From: a virus
Direction: 5' to 3' (one strand)
IMG/VR virus record: IMGVR_UViG_3300021431_000070
Coordinates: 1-23,470 of that record
DNA length: 23,470 nucleotides
The notes beneath the pieces are model-generated. The model did no database searches. It was not told where the DNA came from and was given only the letters and a program-made list of their open reading frames with translations. Below are positions 1 to 7,916 of this stretch, in pieces. Each line of letters opens with the position of its first letter. Within the stretch, counting starts at the first letter, position 1. Both the position numbers and the translations under genes were made by a program.

Positions 1-127
1 TGATGGCAACATTTGAACAATTAGCAAAGGCCAATGCCCAGATCAGGACCACTGACATCAAGGGCAAGGATTATGCAGAGGTCAACCAGAGGATTAAAGC
101 CTTCCGCATGGTTTACCCGGATGGCGG
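1..127. repeat. Terminal direct repeat (copy 1), identical to 23344-23470
   Basis: Read directly: tgatggcaacatttgaacaattagc...ccggatggcgg occurs at both ends. The ORF at 3..560 is the continuation of the ATG at 23346. Confidence 0.95.
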
Positions 128-560
128 AATCATGACCGCATTAGTCAGCAATGAGGGAGGGATAGCAGTATTCCATGCCACAGTTACTGACAACAATGGC
201 CACATCTTAGGTGAAGGCACTGCATACGAAAAAGAGAACTCTTCTTTCATCAACAAAACAAGCTACATTGAAAACTGCGAGACATCTGCAGTAGGAAGAG
301 CATTAGGCATGGCAGGGTTTGGAATTGATACTTCTGTGGCTTCCTATGAGGAAGTAGCCAATGCAATGACACAGCAGAAGAAAGAGGAACGCATCACCCA
401 GGAAGAAGCCGATGTACTGGAGGCGATGATTTCCGCAGTCAAGGCTAATGATCCAATTGATGAACGCATTGGCAAGATCTGCAGCGCTTATGGTGTCCGC
501 TCCCTGAATGAGCTCACATCATCCCAGTATGCCAAGTTAGTAAGGCAGTTGGATAGGTGA
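3..560 (+). CDS. Rad52/Sak-family single-strand annealing protein (recombinase)
   Basis: The motif ENCETSAVGRALGMAGFG resembles the conserved Rad52/Sak signature (E-x-x-A-[VI]-x-[RK]-A-L-x-x-x-G-x-G). It lies immediately upstream of SSB and a resolvase-like nuclease. Its ATG overlaps the stop of the preceding gene across the circular junction. Confidence 0.55.
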   Translation: MATFEQLAKANAQIRTTDIKGKDYAEVNQRIKAFRMVYPDGGIMTALVSNEGGIAVFHATVTDNNGHILGEGTAYEKENSSFINKTSYIENCETSAVGRALGMAGFGIDTSVASYEEVANAMTQQKKEERITQEEADVLEAMISAVKANDPIDERIGKICSAYGVRSLNELTSSQYAKLVRQLDR

Positions 561-565
561 CAGCC

Positions 566-784
566 ATGTGGATCCTGAGGAGAAGCAATGAAAATATCAG
601 GGAAATCCTATATGACCGCTTCCTGATAGATGGCTCCGGGGAATGGAGAGTAGTTCCGGGTAAAAAGGGAGCCATTAACATTCCGCTCCAGTTCAGGAGC
701 AAAGCGGAAGCGGAAAGAGAAATGAAGCGAGCAATAGAAAAAGAGCCCTGGTGGGATTATGAAATTGATGAATATTTGAGGTGA
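566..784 (+). CDS. Hypothetical small early protein
   Basis: Open frame in a tightly packed operon. AGGTGA SD lies 5 nt upstream of the ATG at 566 (the track's GTG at 557 is less likely). Confidence 0.5.
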   Translation: MWILRRSNENIREILYDRFLIDGSGEWRVVPGKKGAINIPLQFRSKAEAEREMKRAIEKEPWWDYEIDEYLR

Positions 785-787
785 AAA

Positions 788-1150
788 ATGAACAAAGTGA
801 TTTTAATTGGCAGATTAACTGCAGACCCTGACAGCAAGGAGAAAGTAACTGCCTTCAATTTAGCGGTAGACCGTAAGTTTAAGAAAGATGGAGAGAAGAA
901 CACAGACTTCCCAAGATGCGTAGCCTTTGGAAAAACTAAGGAGTTTATTGATAACTACCTGAAGAAAGGCACAAAAGTATGCGTTGAGGGCGAGATCAGA
1001 ACCGGAAGCTATCAGACTATGGATGGATCCAGCAGGCACACTACTGATGTGTATGTGGATAATGTGGAATTTGTGGAAAGTAAGGCCAAGACAGTAGCGC
1101 CACAAGAAGGCTTTGCAGAAGCAGATGATGATGCCCTTCCATTCGAATGA
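788..1150 (+). CDS. ssb: Single-stranded DNA-binding protein (OB fold, acidic C-terminal tip)
   Basis: N-terminus MNKVILIGRLTADP, and a C-terminal acidic tail ADDDALPFE typical of bacterial and phage SSB. GAGGTGA SD. Confidence 0.9.
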   Translation: MNKVILIGRLTADPDSKEKVTAFNLAVDRKFKKDGEKNTDFPRCVAFGKTKEFIDNYLKKGTKVCVEGEIRTGSYQTMDGSSRHTTDVYVDNVEFVESKAKTVAPQEGFAEADDDALPFE

Positions 1151-1461
1151 ATAGCAAGAACAAAGGAAAAAGGGGAGAGCTTGAAGTGGCGCACATCCTA
1201 CAAGATCGTGGATTTGATGCCAGACGATCCCAACAGTACTGTGGAGCAACCGAAGATGCAGCGGATGTGGTAGGCCTTCCTGGCTATCACATAGAGGTCA
1301 AAAGGTGCGAAAACATCCGGCTGATGGACTGGATCCGGCAGGCAGAGAGGGATGCAGGGGAGAATGTTCCTCTGGTGGTATTCAGGCAGAGCCATGAGAA
1401 GTGGAGAGTTGTATTGGATTTTGAAACTTTTTTAGAAATTATAGGAGGAAACAAGCAATGA
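1147..1461 (+). CDS. PD-(D/E)XK-family nuclease, probable Holliday junction resolvase
   Basis: GELEV ... DVVG ... HIEVK arrangement (E / D / E-x-K). Small size, ATGA overlap with ssb, and a position inside the recombination module. Confidence 0.55.
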   Translation: MNSKNKGKRGELEVAHILQDRGFDARRSQQYCGATEDAADVVGLPGYHIEVKRCENIRLMDWIRQAERDAGENVPLVVFRQSHEKWRVVLDFETFLEIIGGNKQ

Positions 1462-1796
1462 GGGAAAACCTTCCAAGAGTAAGCAAAACAGTTGAGTACT
1501 ATCTCAGAAAAGACAAGAAGTGCAGAGCATCTGATGATCATTTATACATGTGCATTGTCAGGGACATCTGCAGATTTAAGAATGTGCCTTTTGCAGAACT
1601 GACCTTTAGGGATGTCATGGAGAACCGGGCAGAGCTTGGGATTCCAAAGTTTGAAAGCATCAGAAGATCCAGACAGAAGCTGCAGGAGGAATACCCGGAT
1701 CTCAGACCATCTAAGCCAGTAGTTCAGAAGAGAACGGAACTGGAGAGAGAATATCGCCAGTGGGTGCAGAAGGGGCTGAGTAAGTATGCCGAGTAA
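1458..1796 (+). CDS. Hypothetical early protein
   Basis: Open frame with ATGA overlap to the upstream gene. No motif recognised. Confidence 0.5.
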   Translation: MRENLPRVSKTVEYYLRKDKKCRASDDHLYMCIVRDICRFKNVPFAELTFRDVMENRAELGIPKFESIRRSRQKLQEEYPDLRPSKPVVQKRTELEREYRQWVQKGLSKYAE

Positions 1797-2256
1797 TGGA
1801 AAGAACTCTACACTGTTTTATCATGATTGGCTGCCTACATTTGAGAAGATGTCCAATGAGGATGTTGGGATAGTGACCAAAGCACTCCTCCAGATGGATA
1901 GCACAAATGTGGTTCCGGACCTATCTGACCACCCTTTAGCTGACCTTGTTTTTACTGTTTATAGTGCCTTTGTTAAGAAGAATAGAGAGGCCTATAACCA
2001 GACTTGTGAACGCAGAAGCCTTGCTGCACAAGAGCGAGAGGATGCCAAGAGGCACAATTGTGGTTCTGAAAGCACAAAAAGCACAATTGTGGTTGATAAG
2101 GATAAGGAGAAGGAAAAGGAAAAGGAAAAGGATAAAGATAAGGATAAGGTAAAGGTAGCTAAAGCTGTGAAATCAAAAAACAAATTTAATAATTTTGCTC
2201 AGAGAGAATACTCAGAAGCGGAAATGCAAGAAATAGAAGAACAATTATACAAGTAG
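1786..2256 (+). CDS. Hypothetical protein with DUF6291-like N-terminus and (D/E)K low-complexity tract; possible replication-associated protein
   Basis: The N-terminal FYHDWLPTFEKMSNEDVGIVTKALLQM resembles the DUF6291 / replisome-organiser-like N-domains of Firmicutes phages (from memory). Internal DKDKEKEKEKEKDKDKDKVK. Confidence 0.45.
   Translation: MPSNGKNSTLFYHDWLPTFEKMSNEDVGIVTKALLQMDSTNVVPDLSDHPLADLVFTVYSAFVKKNREAYNQTCERRSLAAQEREDAKRHNCGSESTKSTIVVDKDKEKEKEKEKDKDKDKVKVAKAVKSKNKFNNFAQREYSEAEMQEIEEQLYK
2095..2154 (+). repeat. Ten tandem hexanucleotide units GAWAAG (coding DK/EK repeats)
   Basis: gataag gataag gagaag gaaaag gaaaag gaaaag gataaa gataag gataag gtaaag, read directly. Preceded by a 14-nt exact direct repeat GCACAATTGTGGTT at 2052-2065 and 2081-2094. 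Confidence 0.9.
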
Positions 2257-2268
2257 GAGGTTATTAAC

Positions 2269-2463
2269 ATGAAAACAATGTACATTTGGCAGGTCAAGGC
2301 AGTTGTGTGGGATGACCACAGAGCAATACGGAGGACATTTAATGTAGTGGCTACTTCAATTGAGGAGGCTACTAAGATTGTAAGGGGAATGTCTCCTGAG
2401 TTCGCAGATGGTCATATCGAATCAATTGTAAGTAAAAAGGAATACTTTGGCGGAGTGAAATAA
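2269..2463 (+). CDS. Hypothetical small protein
   Basis: Strong SD (AGGAGG) 8 nt upstream of the ATG. Packed within the operon. Confidence 0.55.
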   Translation: MKTMYIWQVKAVVWDDHRAIRRTFNVVATSIEEATKIVRGMSPEFADGHIESIVSKKEYFGGVK

Positions 2464-2882
2464 TGAGCATATCTCAAAGAAACCTTTTAAGGGAATACCG
2501 CTTCCTGAAGATCCGGATCAGGAGACTGGAGAAGGAGATCGAGGAACTCCAGTTGGATGCACAATCTGTTAGTGGGGTCAGTTATGAGGAGAGGCTGGCC
2601 TCCAACAGATCGCAGGAGGCACCATTTGAGAAGCTGGTGTTCAGGATCCGGGAGAAGGAGGCAAAAAAACTTGAGCTCTTGAATGAGCTGTATGCAAAGG
2701 TGGATGAAGTGGAGGCTATTATTGCAAGTGTTGAGGATGAACGCAAAAAGGCCATTCTTGAGTTTCATTACCTGGATGCAATGAAGTTTGAGGATATAGC
2801 AGACAAAATGAACTACTCTGTGGAGCGGATCTATCAGCTCCACAGGGAAGAGATAAGGAGGATAGAAGATGAAAATAACTGA
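2463..2882 (+). CDS. Sigma-70 region-4-like HTH protein, probable late-gene transcriptional activator (ArpU/RinA/DUF1492-like)
   Basis: The C-terminal ILEFHYLDAMKFEDIADKMNYSVERIYQLHREEIRRI matches the region-4 type HTH pattern. N-terminal coiled coil. It sits in the last part of the early region, upstream of terS. Confidence 0.6.
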   Translation: MSISQRNLLREYRFLKIRIRRLEKEIEELQLDAQSVSGVSYEERLASNRSQEAPFEKLVFRIREKEAKKLELLNELYAKVDEVEAIIASVEDERKKAILEFHYLDAMKFEDIADKMNYSVERIYQLHREEIRRIEDENN

Positions 2883-3117
2883 AAAGCAGTTAGAAGAATA
2901 CCTGATGGATATATATAAATATCACACTGAAAAGGCTAACCTTCTTCATGAAGAATCTGAAGTTCATAATCTTGAGGAGGCTTATAAATTAGGTCAGCAT
3001 GATGGAGCAATCAGTACAGCCGGTGCGATTATGCTCTTATGCTTTGGAGGAGAGAAAACTTTCAACTTGTGGCAAGCTGCCAGAGAGCAGGTAGAGGAGG
3101 ATCCGGATGAGCGTTAG
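2869..3117 (+). CDS. Hypothetical protein
   Basis: AGGAGGA SD, open frame, operon context. Confidence 0.5.
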   Translation: MKITEKQLEEYLMDIYKYHTEKANLLHEESEVHNLEEAYKLGQHDGAISTAGAIMLLCFGGEKTFNLWQAAREQVEEDPDER

Positions 3118-3140
3118 TTTGTGGAGATGGGCTGAAGAAT

Positions 3141-3374
3141 GTGACAGCCGGATCTGTGTTGGTGATTGTGACTTGTGCAGTCATGAAGAGGAGGAAGAGG
3201 ATGAGTGACTACCAGGCGGAGAGCTTCAACAGAGTTAAAGGAGCCATGTGCAAAGCCTTCTGTATTTCAGATCTGAATTGCAAATGGTGCATTATGAGGA
3301 AGCTTACTCCGGGGACAGCAGGCAAATATAAAATCAAGGACTTACTTTGGAAACCAAGAAGGAGGGCAAAATGA
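3141..3374 (+). CDS. Hypothetical small protein (start uncertain: GTG 3141, ATG 3184 or ATG 3201)
   Basis: Track ORF. ATG 3201 is preceded by GAGGAGGAAGAGG. An overlapping 29-codon Cys-rich frame (3119-3208) also stays open, so coding assignment here is ambiguous. Confidence 0.35.
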   Translation: MTAGSVLVIVTCAVMKRRKRMSDYQAESFNRVKGAMCKAFCISDLNCKWCIMRKLTPGTAGKYKIKDLLWKPRRRAK

Positions 3375-3640
3375 GCAGATACATTGAAGCGGATGCGTTG
3401 GAAGAAATAAAAGAGATTGCGGATGATGCTTTTGAGTGGGGAGTTTACGTTGTCAAAATGTCTGCAATCAGAGAACAGCCGACAGCCGATGTGGTTGAAG
3501 TCGTGAGATGTGAGGATTGCAGGTATTGGGATAATCGCTTTGATGTTATGGTATGCAATCTTACAGACGGAATGAAAGGAGCAAGTGATTATTGCAGTTT
3601 CGGAGAAAGGAGAGAAGATGACGAGAGAAGAAGCCATTGA
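3371..3640 (+). CDS. Hypothetical protein with Cys cluster (CEDC...C...C)
   Basis: AAGGAGGG SD upstream of the ATG at 3371, the internal Met of track ORF 3347..3640. Confidence 0.5.
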   Translation: MSRYIEADALEEIKEIADDAFEWGVYVVKMSAIREQPTADVVEVVRCEDCRYWDNRFDVMVCNLTDGMKGASDYCSFGERREDDERRSH

Positions 3641-3956
3641 AGTTATCAGAAATCTGCAAATCAACATTGGCAGACGAAATGGGAAACATTTGATCCAAGT
3701 CGCAATGAACATGGCAATCGAAGCACTTGAGAAGTACGAAGAAGCATACGAACATGGTTGGACGGAAGCCGAGTGCAAGTATAGAGAAATCCTTGAGCGT
3801 AAGCGTGGGGAGTGGATTCAAATAGAGGATGTAGATGCAAATGGTAATGCATTGTATGAATGTCCATTCTGTCGCAAAAGTGATTGTCACGCTGTTTCAC
3901 AGACTGTTAGCTACTGTCCGAACTGCGGTGCGGATATGCGAGGTGAAGATGTTTAA
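3618..3956 (+). CDS. Hypothetical protein with C-terminal zinc-ribbon-like motif (CPFC...CPNC)
   Basis: GGAGAAAGGAGAG upstream of the ATG at 3618. CPFCRKSDCHAVSQTVSYCPNCG. Confidence 0.5.
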   Translation: MTREEAIEVIRNLQINIGRRNGKHLIQVAMNMAIEALEKYEEAYEHGWTEAECKYREILERKRGEWIQIEDVDANGNALYECPFCRKSDCHAVSQTVSYCPNCGADMRGEDV

Positions 3957-4104
3957 GTTATTATTCGCTGTAATAGCTGCAGCTGTGATCCTGCTTCTGA
4001 TCATTGTGACTGTTGCCGGGATCCTGGAGGCTAAAGAGATGGAATGGCAGAATAAAACCATCATCAAGCAGGAAAAAGAAGAGGATGATGAACTATTACA
4101 GTAA
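3949..4104 (+). CDS. Small single-pass membrane protein
   Basis: MFKLLFAVIAAAVILLLIIVTVAGIL is a hydrophobic helix, followed by an acidic tail. GAGGTG lies just upstream. The ATG at 3949 overlaps the previous gene's end. Confidence 0.45.
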   Translation: MFKLLFAVIAAAVILLLIIVTVAGILEAKEMEWQNKTIIKQEKEEDDELLQ

Positions 4105-4127
4105 ATTACAGTAAGGAGTGTGATATT

Positions 4128-4190
4128 ATGCTACTGGAAGAAAGTTCAATTTTTTGCTTGCTTTTAGTTGAACCACCTCCTTTCTTGTAG
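4128..4190 (+). promoter_or_regulatory. 20-codon leader-like mini-ORF (MLLEESSIFCLLLVEPPPFL) between the early region and terS
   Basis: AAGGAG at 4113-4118, 9 nt before the ATG at 4128. Contains Pro-Pro-Pro. Stop at 4188-4190, 21 nt before a terminator-like hairpin. Confidence 0.3.
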
Positions 4191-4211
4191 AATATTAGGT
4201 TGTACGCAAAG

Positions 4212-4238
4212 AGAATCAGACCCCATCTGGTTCTTTTT
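4212..4238 (+). terminator. Intrinsic-terminator-like hairpin immediately upstream of terS
   Basis: AGAATCAGA (4212-4220) / loop CCCCA / TCTGGTTCT (4226-4234), 9 bp with one G-U pair, followed by TTTT-G-T. An A-tract lies upstream. Confidence 0.55.
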
Positions 4239-4255
4239 GTATTTAGGTGAAAATT

Positions 4256-4555
4256 ATGGCTAATGAACAAAACTTAAAGCCAAGTGAATATAAGTTAAGC
4301 CAAGAGGAAGCCAAGAAGGGTGGTATCGCATCTGGCAAAGCCAGAAGGGCAAGAAGAACCTTGAAGGAAGAGCTCCTTCTGATGCTGTCAGATCCGGAAG
4401 TGCAGGAGAAACTTTCAGCTGCAATCATGAAGAAGGGCATGGATGGAGACATCCGGGCATTTGAAGTGATAAGGGACACCATAGGCGAAAAACCTAAGGA
4501 TGTGTTCGACATAAACTCGAATGAGATAAACATAAGGATCACTGACGATGATTAA
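4256..4555 (+). CDS. terS: Terminase small subunit
   Basis: Immediately upstream of and overlapping terL. N-terminal basic motif KKGGIASGKARRARR is typical of small terminases in Firmicutes phages. AGGTGA SD before the ATG at 4256. Confidence 0.7.
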   Translation: MANEQNLKPSEYKLSQEEAKKGGIASGKARRARRTLKEELLLMLSDPEVQEKLSAAIMKKGMDGDIRAFEVIRDTIGEKPKDVFDINSNEINIRITDDD

Positions 4556-5774
4556 CCTGAGTTTATCAAGTAAACTATTTGCGCCTAAGTTTAGACCTTA
4601 TCTTACAGACTATTCACACAGATGGGAAATGTATATGGGCTCTGCCGGTTCCGGCAAGAGCTTTTTTATTACCCAGAAGTTACTGGTCCGGGCGTTAATG
4701 CACCCCTCCGCCCGGATCGCTGTCTGTAGGCGCTATGGCACAACCCTGAGGAACTCGTGTTTTGCACTCTTTAAGGATATCCTCAAGAGCTGGAAGATTA
4801 AACAATACTGCAATGTCAGAGAGACAGATATGCGAATCACTCTGCCGAGTGGTTCAGAGTTTATCTTCATTGGTTTGGATGATGAAGAGAAGCTCCTCTC
4901 CATTGCAACTATGGATGCCATATTTGTGGAAGAGGCTTATGAGGTTCCTAAGGAGATCATAGACCAGATTAACCTCAGACTTAGAGGCGGACATGAGCAG
5001 CAGATTATCCTGGCATGGAACCCGATCAGCCGGAACTCCTACCTCTATGAGCTGTGGAGTGATCCTCCGGCTGGATCCATTTGCATCCATTCCACTTACA
5101 AGGACAACCCATTCCTGGACGATGTCTATATTGCTTCACTGGAAGAGCTGCGGAGCCGTAACCCACAGAAGGCCCGGATCTATTGCGATGGTGAGTGGGG
5201 AGTTAATACAGATGGCCTTGTGTTCAAGAACTGGAAGGTAAAAGAGTTTGATGAAATGGAACTGGCAAAGACCTTCCGCAGAAGATGCGGTATGGACTTT
5301 GGTTATCAGGATCCATCAGCGATAGTGGACAGCCTCTATGATGAAGAGCACAAACGCATCTATGTGAGCAATGAGTTCTACAAGACCGGGCAGACATTAG
5401 ATGAACTGGCAGAGGCGATCAGGCGGATGCACATGGAGAAGAGCAAGATCCAGTGCGATGCAGCAGAGCCGAGGACAATAGACTTCTTCAAGCGCCAGTA
5501 CATCAATGCGGTTCCTTGCGTGAAGGGTCCTAACTCAGTAGAGGCGAGGATAATGTTCCTCCAGAACCATGAGATCATAGTGCATCCCAGATGTGCCAAT
5601 GTGATTATGGAGCTGGAGAACTTTAGCTATGTTAAGGACCGCAAGACCGGGGAATATACAGACAACACAACACATGAGTATAGCCACAGCCTTGATGCTT
5701 TGGGCTATGCATATTCAGATATATACACAAGAAGCAAACTAAGGACCTTTGACAAAGGAGTATTGGGATTATGA
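4548..5774 (+). CDS. terL: Terminase large subunit (PBSX/Terminase_3-like)
   Basis: Walker A GSAGSGKS near the N-terminus. 408 aa. A C-terminal nuclease-like region with conserved acidic residues. Position between terS and the portal. Confidence 0.9.
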   Translation: MINLSLSSKLFAPKFRPYLTDYSHRWEMYMGSAGSGKSFFITQKLLVRALMHPSARIAVCRRYGTTLRNSCFALFKDILKSWKIKQYCNVRETDMRITLPSGSEFIFIGLDDEEKLLSIATMDAIFVEEAYEVPKEIIDQINLRLRGGHEQQIILAWNPISRNSYLYELWSDPPAGSICIHSTYKDNPFLDDVYIASLEELRSRNPQKARIYCDGEWGVNTDGLVFKNWKVKEFDEMELAKTFRRRCGMDFGYQDPSAIVDSLYDEEHKRIYVSNEFYKTGQTLDELAEAIRRMHMEKSKIQCDAAEPRTIDFFKRQYINAVPCVKGPNSVEARIMFLQNHEIIVHPRCANVIMELENFSYVKDRKTGEYTDNTTHEYSHSLDALGYAYSDIYTRSKLRTFDKGVLGL

Positions 5775-7102
5775 TCCAGTTTTATTTGCGTAAAGATGAA
5801 CCTATCACAACACTGCAGTTGGGCGATATTGTCAGCTCATTCTTAACAAACTGCATGCCAGCCATGAAAAAGAGATATAACTACTACATTGGACAGCAGA
5901 AGATCCTGCAGAAGGTAAGCGAGGATCCTAACCGCCCTTGCAATAACATTGTGTGTAACTTTGTTAAGAACATTGTAAACACCTATGAAGGCTATGCGGT
6001 TGGTGTTCCGGTTACATATGCCTCAGATGATGAAGGCTTTGAACATCTGGAGGATATACTTAAGTATAACGATGTAGCCGATGAAGATGCAGAGCTCTTC
6101 CGGAATGGCCTGATCTATGGCAGAGCTGCAGAGATCTGTTACCTGGATGAAGATAAGAATGAGCGCTTCAAAGTACTCGACAGCATGGGGACCATCCCGG
6201 TATATGATGATACCTTGGATGGTAACCTGATCTATGCGATCCGGCTGTGGCAGGAGAACATTGGGGCATCTCTTAACGAGACATACATGGCAGAGGTCTA
6301 TGATGACCGCTATGTAACCAGATACAAAAGCGCTGAGGGCTTTCAGTCCTTCCAGTTTGTGTCTCAGGAACTGCATGGATTCCTTCAGGTGCCTATCACA
6401 TTCTTCTCCCTGAATACAGAAGAGGAAGGCATTGCAGATACCATCTTCTCCCTTCAGGATGCATATAACTCCCTGATCAGCGACAGCATTGATGATTGGG
6501 ATGCCTTCTGTGATGCTTACTTAGTTCTTAAGGGAGCAGTAGCAGATGGCGAGGATCTGGAGAACATGAAGGCATACAGAACCCTCATGTTAGATGCGGA
6601 TGCCTCTGCTGAATACCTGGTTAAGAACACCTCCTCCACAGAGATCGAGCACCTCATGGATGCGGTAGAGGAGAAAATCAGAGAAATGAGTGCCTGCCCT
6701 AACTTTGCCAGCGAGAACTTTGGCACAAGTTCCGGCATAGCAATCAGATACAGATGCATGGCCCTGGAGAATAACACTGCCTCCATTCTAAATAACTTTA
6801 AGAAGGCCCTGCAGAGGCGCATAGAACTCTTAGCTGAAACACTCATGGACTCAGAAGCGCTCTGGAGGGATGTCAGCATTACCTTTACCAGAAATCTGCC
6901 GATTAACACCAGCGACATTGCAAGTGAGATCAATCAGCTCCGGGGCCTTGTTTCTGACAGAACACTTCTTGCACAGCTTCCGTTCATCACGGATGTGGAA
7001 GAAGAGATGGAAGAGATCAAGAGGCAGAAGCTGGAGAACTTGGAGGTTTATACATTTGCTTCCCCTGCAGAGGAGGTAGAGGATGGCATTGAAGAGGAAT
7101 AA
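5771..7102 (+). CDS. Portal protein (SPP1 gp6-like)
   Basis: 443 aa directly after terL with ATGA overlap. NIVCNFVKNIVNTYEGYAVG-type N-terminal region and an acidic C-terminus typical of SPP1-family portals. Confidence 0.85.
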   Translation: MIQFYLRKDEPITTLQLGDIVSSFLTNCMPAMKKRYNYYIGQQKILQKVSEDPNRPCNNIVCNFVKNIVNTYEGYAVGVPVTYASDDEGFEHLEDILKYNDVADEDAELFRNGLIYGRAAEICYLDEDKNERFKVLDSMGTIPVYDDTLDGNLIYAIRLWQENIGASLNETYMAEVYDDRYVTRYKSAEGFQSFQFVSQELHGFLQVPITFFSLNTEEEGIADTIFSLQDAYNSLISDSIDDWDAFCDAYLVLKGAVADGEDLENMKAYRTLMLDADASAEYLVKNTSSTEIEHLMDAVEEKIREMSACPNFASENFGTSSGIAIRYRCMALENNTASILNNFKKALQRRIELLAETLMDSEALWRDVSITFTRNLPINTSDIASEINQLRGLVSDRTLLAQLPFITDVEEEMEEIKRQKLENLEVYTFASPAEEVEDGIEEE

Positions 7103-7916
7103 GTACTGGAGAGACAGATATGCCAGGGAGATCATAGATCTGTATGATAAAGAGCTGGCAATGGTAGCCGAAGATCTCATGAAGATCTACAACATCACAG
7201 CGGAGCAGATCATCAATGAAATGATGATTGTATATCAAGACATCATCAATGACTCTGTAGATGGCAAGCTTCATGTGAATGACCTGTACAGATATAACCG
7301 CTACTATAAGCTCCTCTCTTCCATGCAGAAACGCATGACCGCCTTAGGCAATAAAGAGATCAAGTTAATTGAGCCGGTGCTGATGGACATGTACAAGAAA
7401 ACCCAAGAGATGGTCAGCAATGAGTTTGGCTTAATTGACTTCTTCAATGAGATAGAAGCAGAGAGAGCTATCAACATGGTATGGTGCTCTGATGGGCGCA
7501 ACTGGTCAGATAGGCTGTGGAATAACAAAGGGCTTCTGCTGAATGACTTACAGCAGGGGCTTTTTGATGCCATAGCAAATGGAACCGGTGTTAGACCATT
7601 AAGGGATAAGCTAACCAAAGACTTTAACTTGAAAGGCAACTATGTTGCTGAGAGGCTTGTGCGGACCGAGCTGAGTTACTGCCATAACAAGGCAGCCTTA
7701 GACAGATACCGCCAGGCAGGCATAGAGTACTATGAGGTAGAGGACACAGAGGACTGGCCAGGATCCGGAAAGCATCCGGAGAGGGAGTGCATGGAGTGCA
7801 AGCGGATCTCTGATGAATCACCTTACAAAATAAGCATGGCAGCATTTGGAGTGAATTGTCCGCCAATCCACCCTAACTGCAGATGCACGATCATTCCGGT
7901 TATTGAAGGGCTGTAA
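7083..7916 (+). CDS. Head morphogenesis / minor capsid protein (Phage Mu F, SPP1 gp7-like)
   Basis: NWSDRLWNNK and VRTELSYCHNKAALDRYRQAG motifs, plus the C-terminal Cys/His cluster HPNCRCTI. Follows the portal. Confidence 0.85.
   Translation: MALKRNKYWRDRYAREIIDLYDKELAMVAEDLMKIYNITAEQIINEMMIVYQDIINDSVDGKLHVNDLYRYNRYYKLLSSMQKRMTALGNKEIKLIEPVLMDMYKKTQEMVSNEFGLIDFFNEIEAERAINMVWCSDGRNWSDRLWNNKGLLLNDLQQGLFDAIANGTGVRPLRDKLTKDFNLKGNYVAERLVRTELSYCHNKAALDRYRQAGIEYYEVEDTEDWPGSGKHPERECMECKRISDESPYKISMAAFGVNCPPIHPNCRCTIIPVIEGL

Noticed and set aside
2095-2154. The hexamer repeat array as a CRISPR-like or regulatory repeat.
   Set aside because: The units are contiguous with no spacers and in frame within an ORF, encoding a DK/EK low-complexity linker. 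No CRISPR array exists anywhere in the window.
3119-3208. 29-codon Cys-rich frame (LWRWAEECDSRICVGDCDLCSHEEEEEDE) overlapping the start of ORF 3141..3374.
   Set aside because: It would need a TTG start without a clear SD, and it is too short to evaluate. I cannot decide from sequence alone which of the two overlapping frames is real, so it is noted but not annotated.
3209-3778. 189-aa minus-strand ORF across the early region. Other long antisense ORFs behave the same way, for example 10399..10926, 13112..13729, 6517..6933 and 860..1249.
   Set aside because: Each lies entirely antisense to well-supported, SD-preceded + strand genes in a tightly packed operon. They have no SD and odd, low-complexity or Cys/Ser/Leu-rich composition. 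Treated as shadow ORFs.
4168-4193. Sigma-70-type promoter TTGAAC ... TAGAAT upstream of terS.
   Set aside because: The spacer is only 14 nt, and a 17-nt spacing lands on the poor hexamer AATATT. It is not convincing as a housekeeping promoter. A late promoter recognised with the phage activator cannot be excluded.
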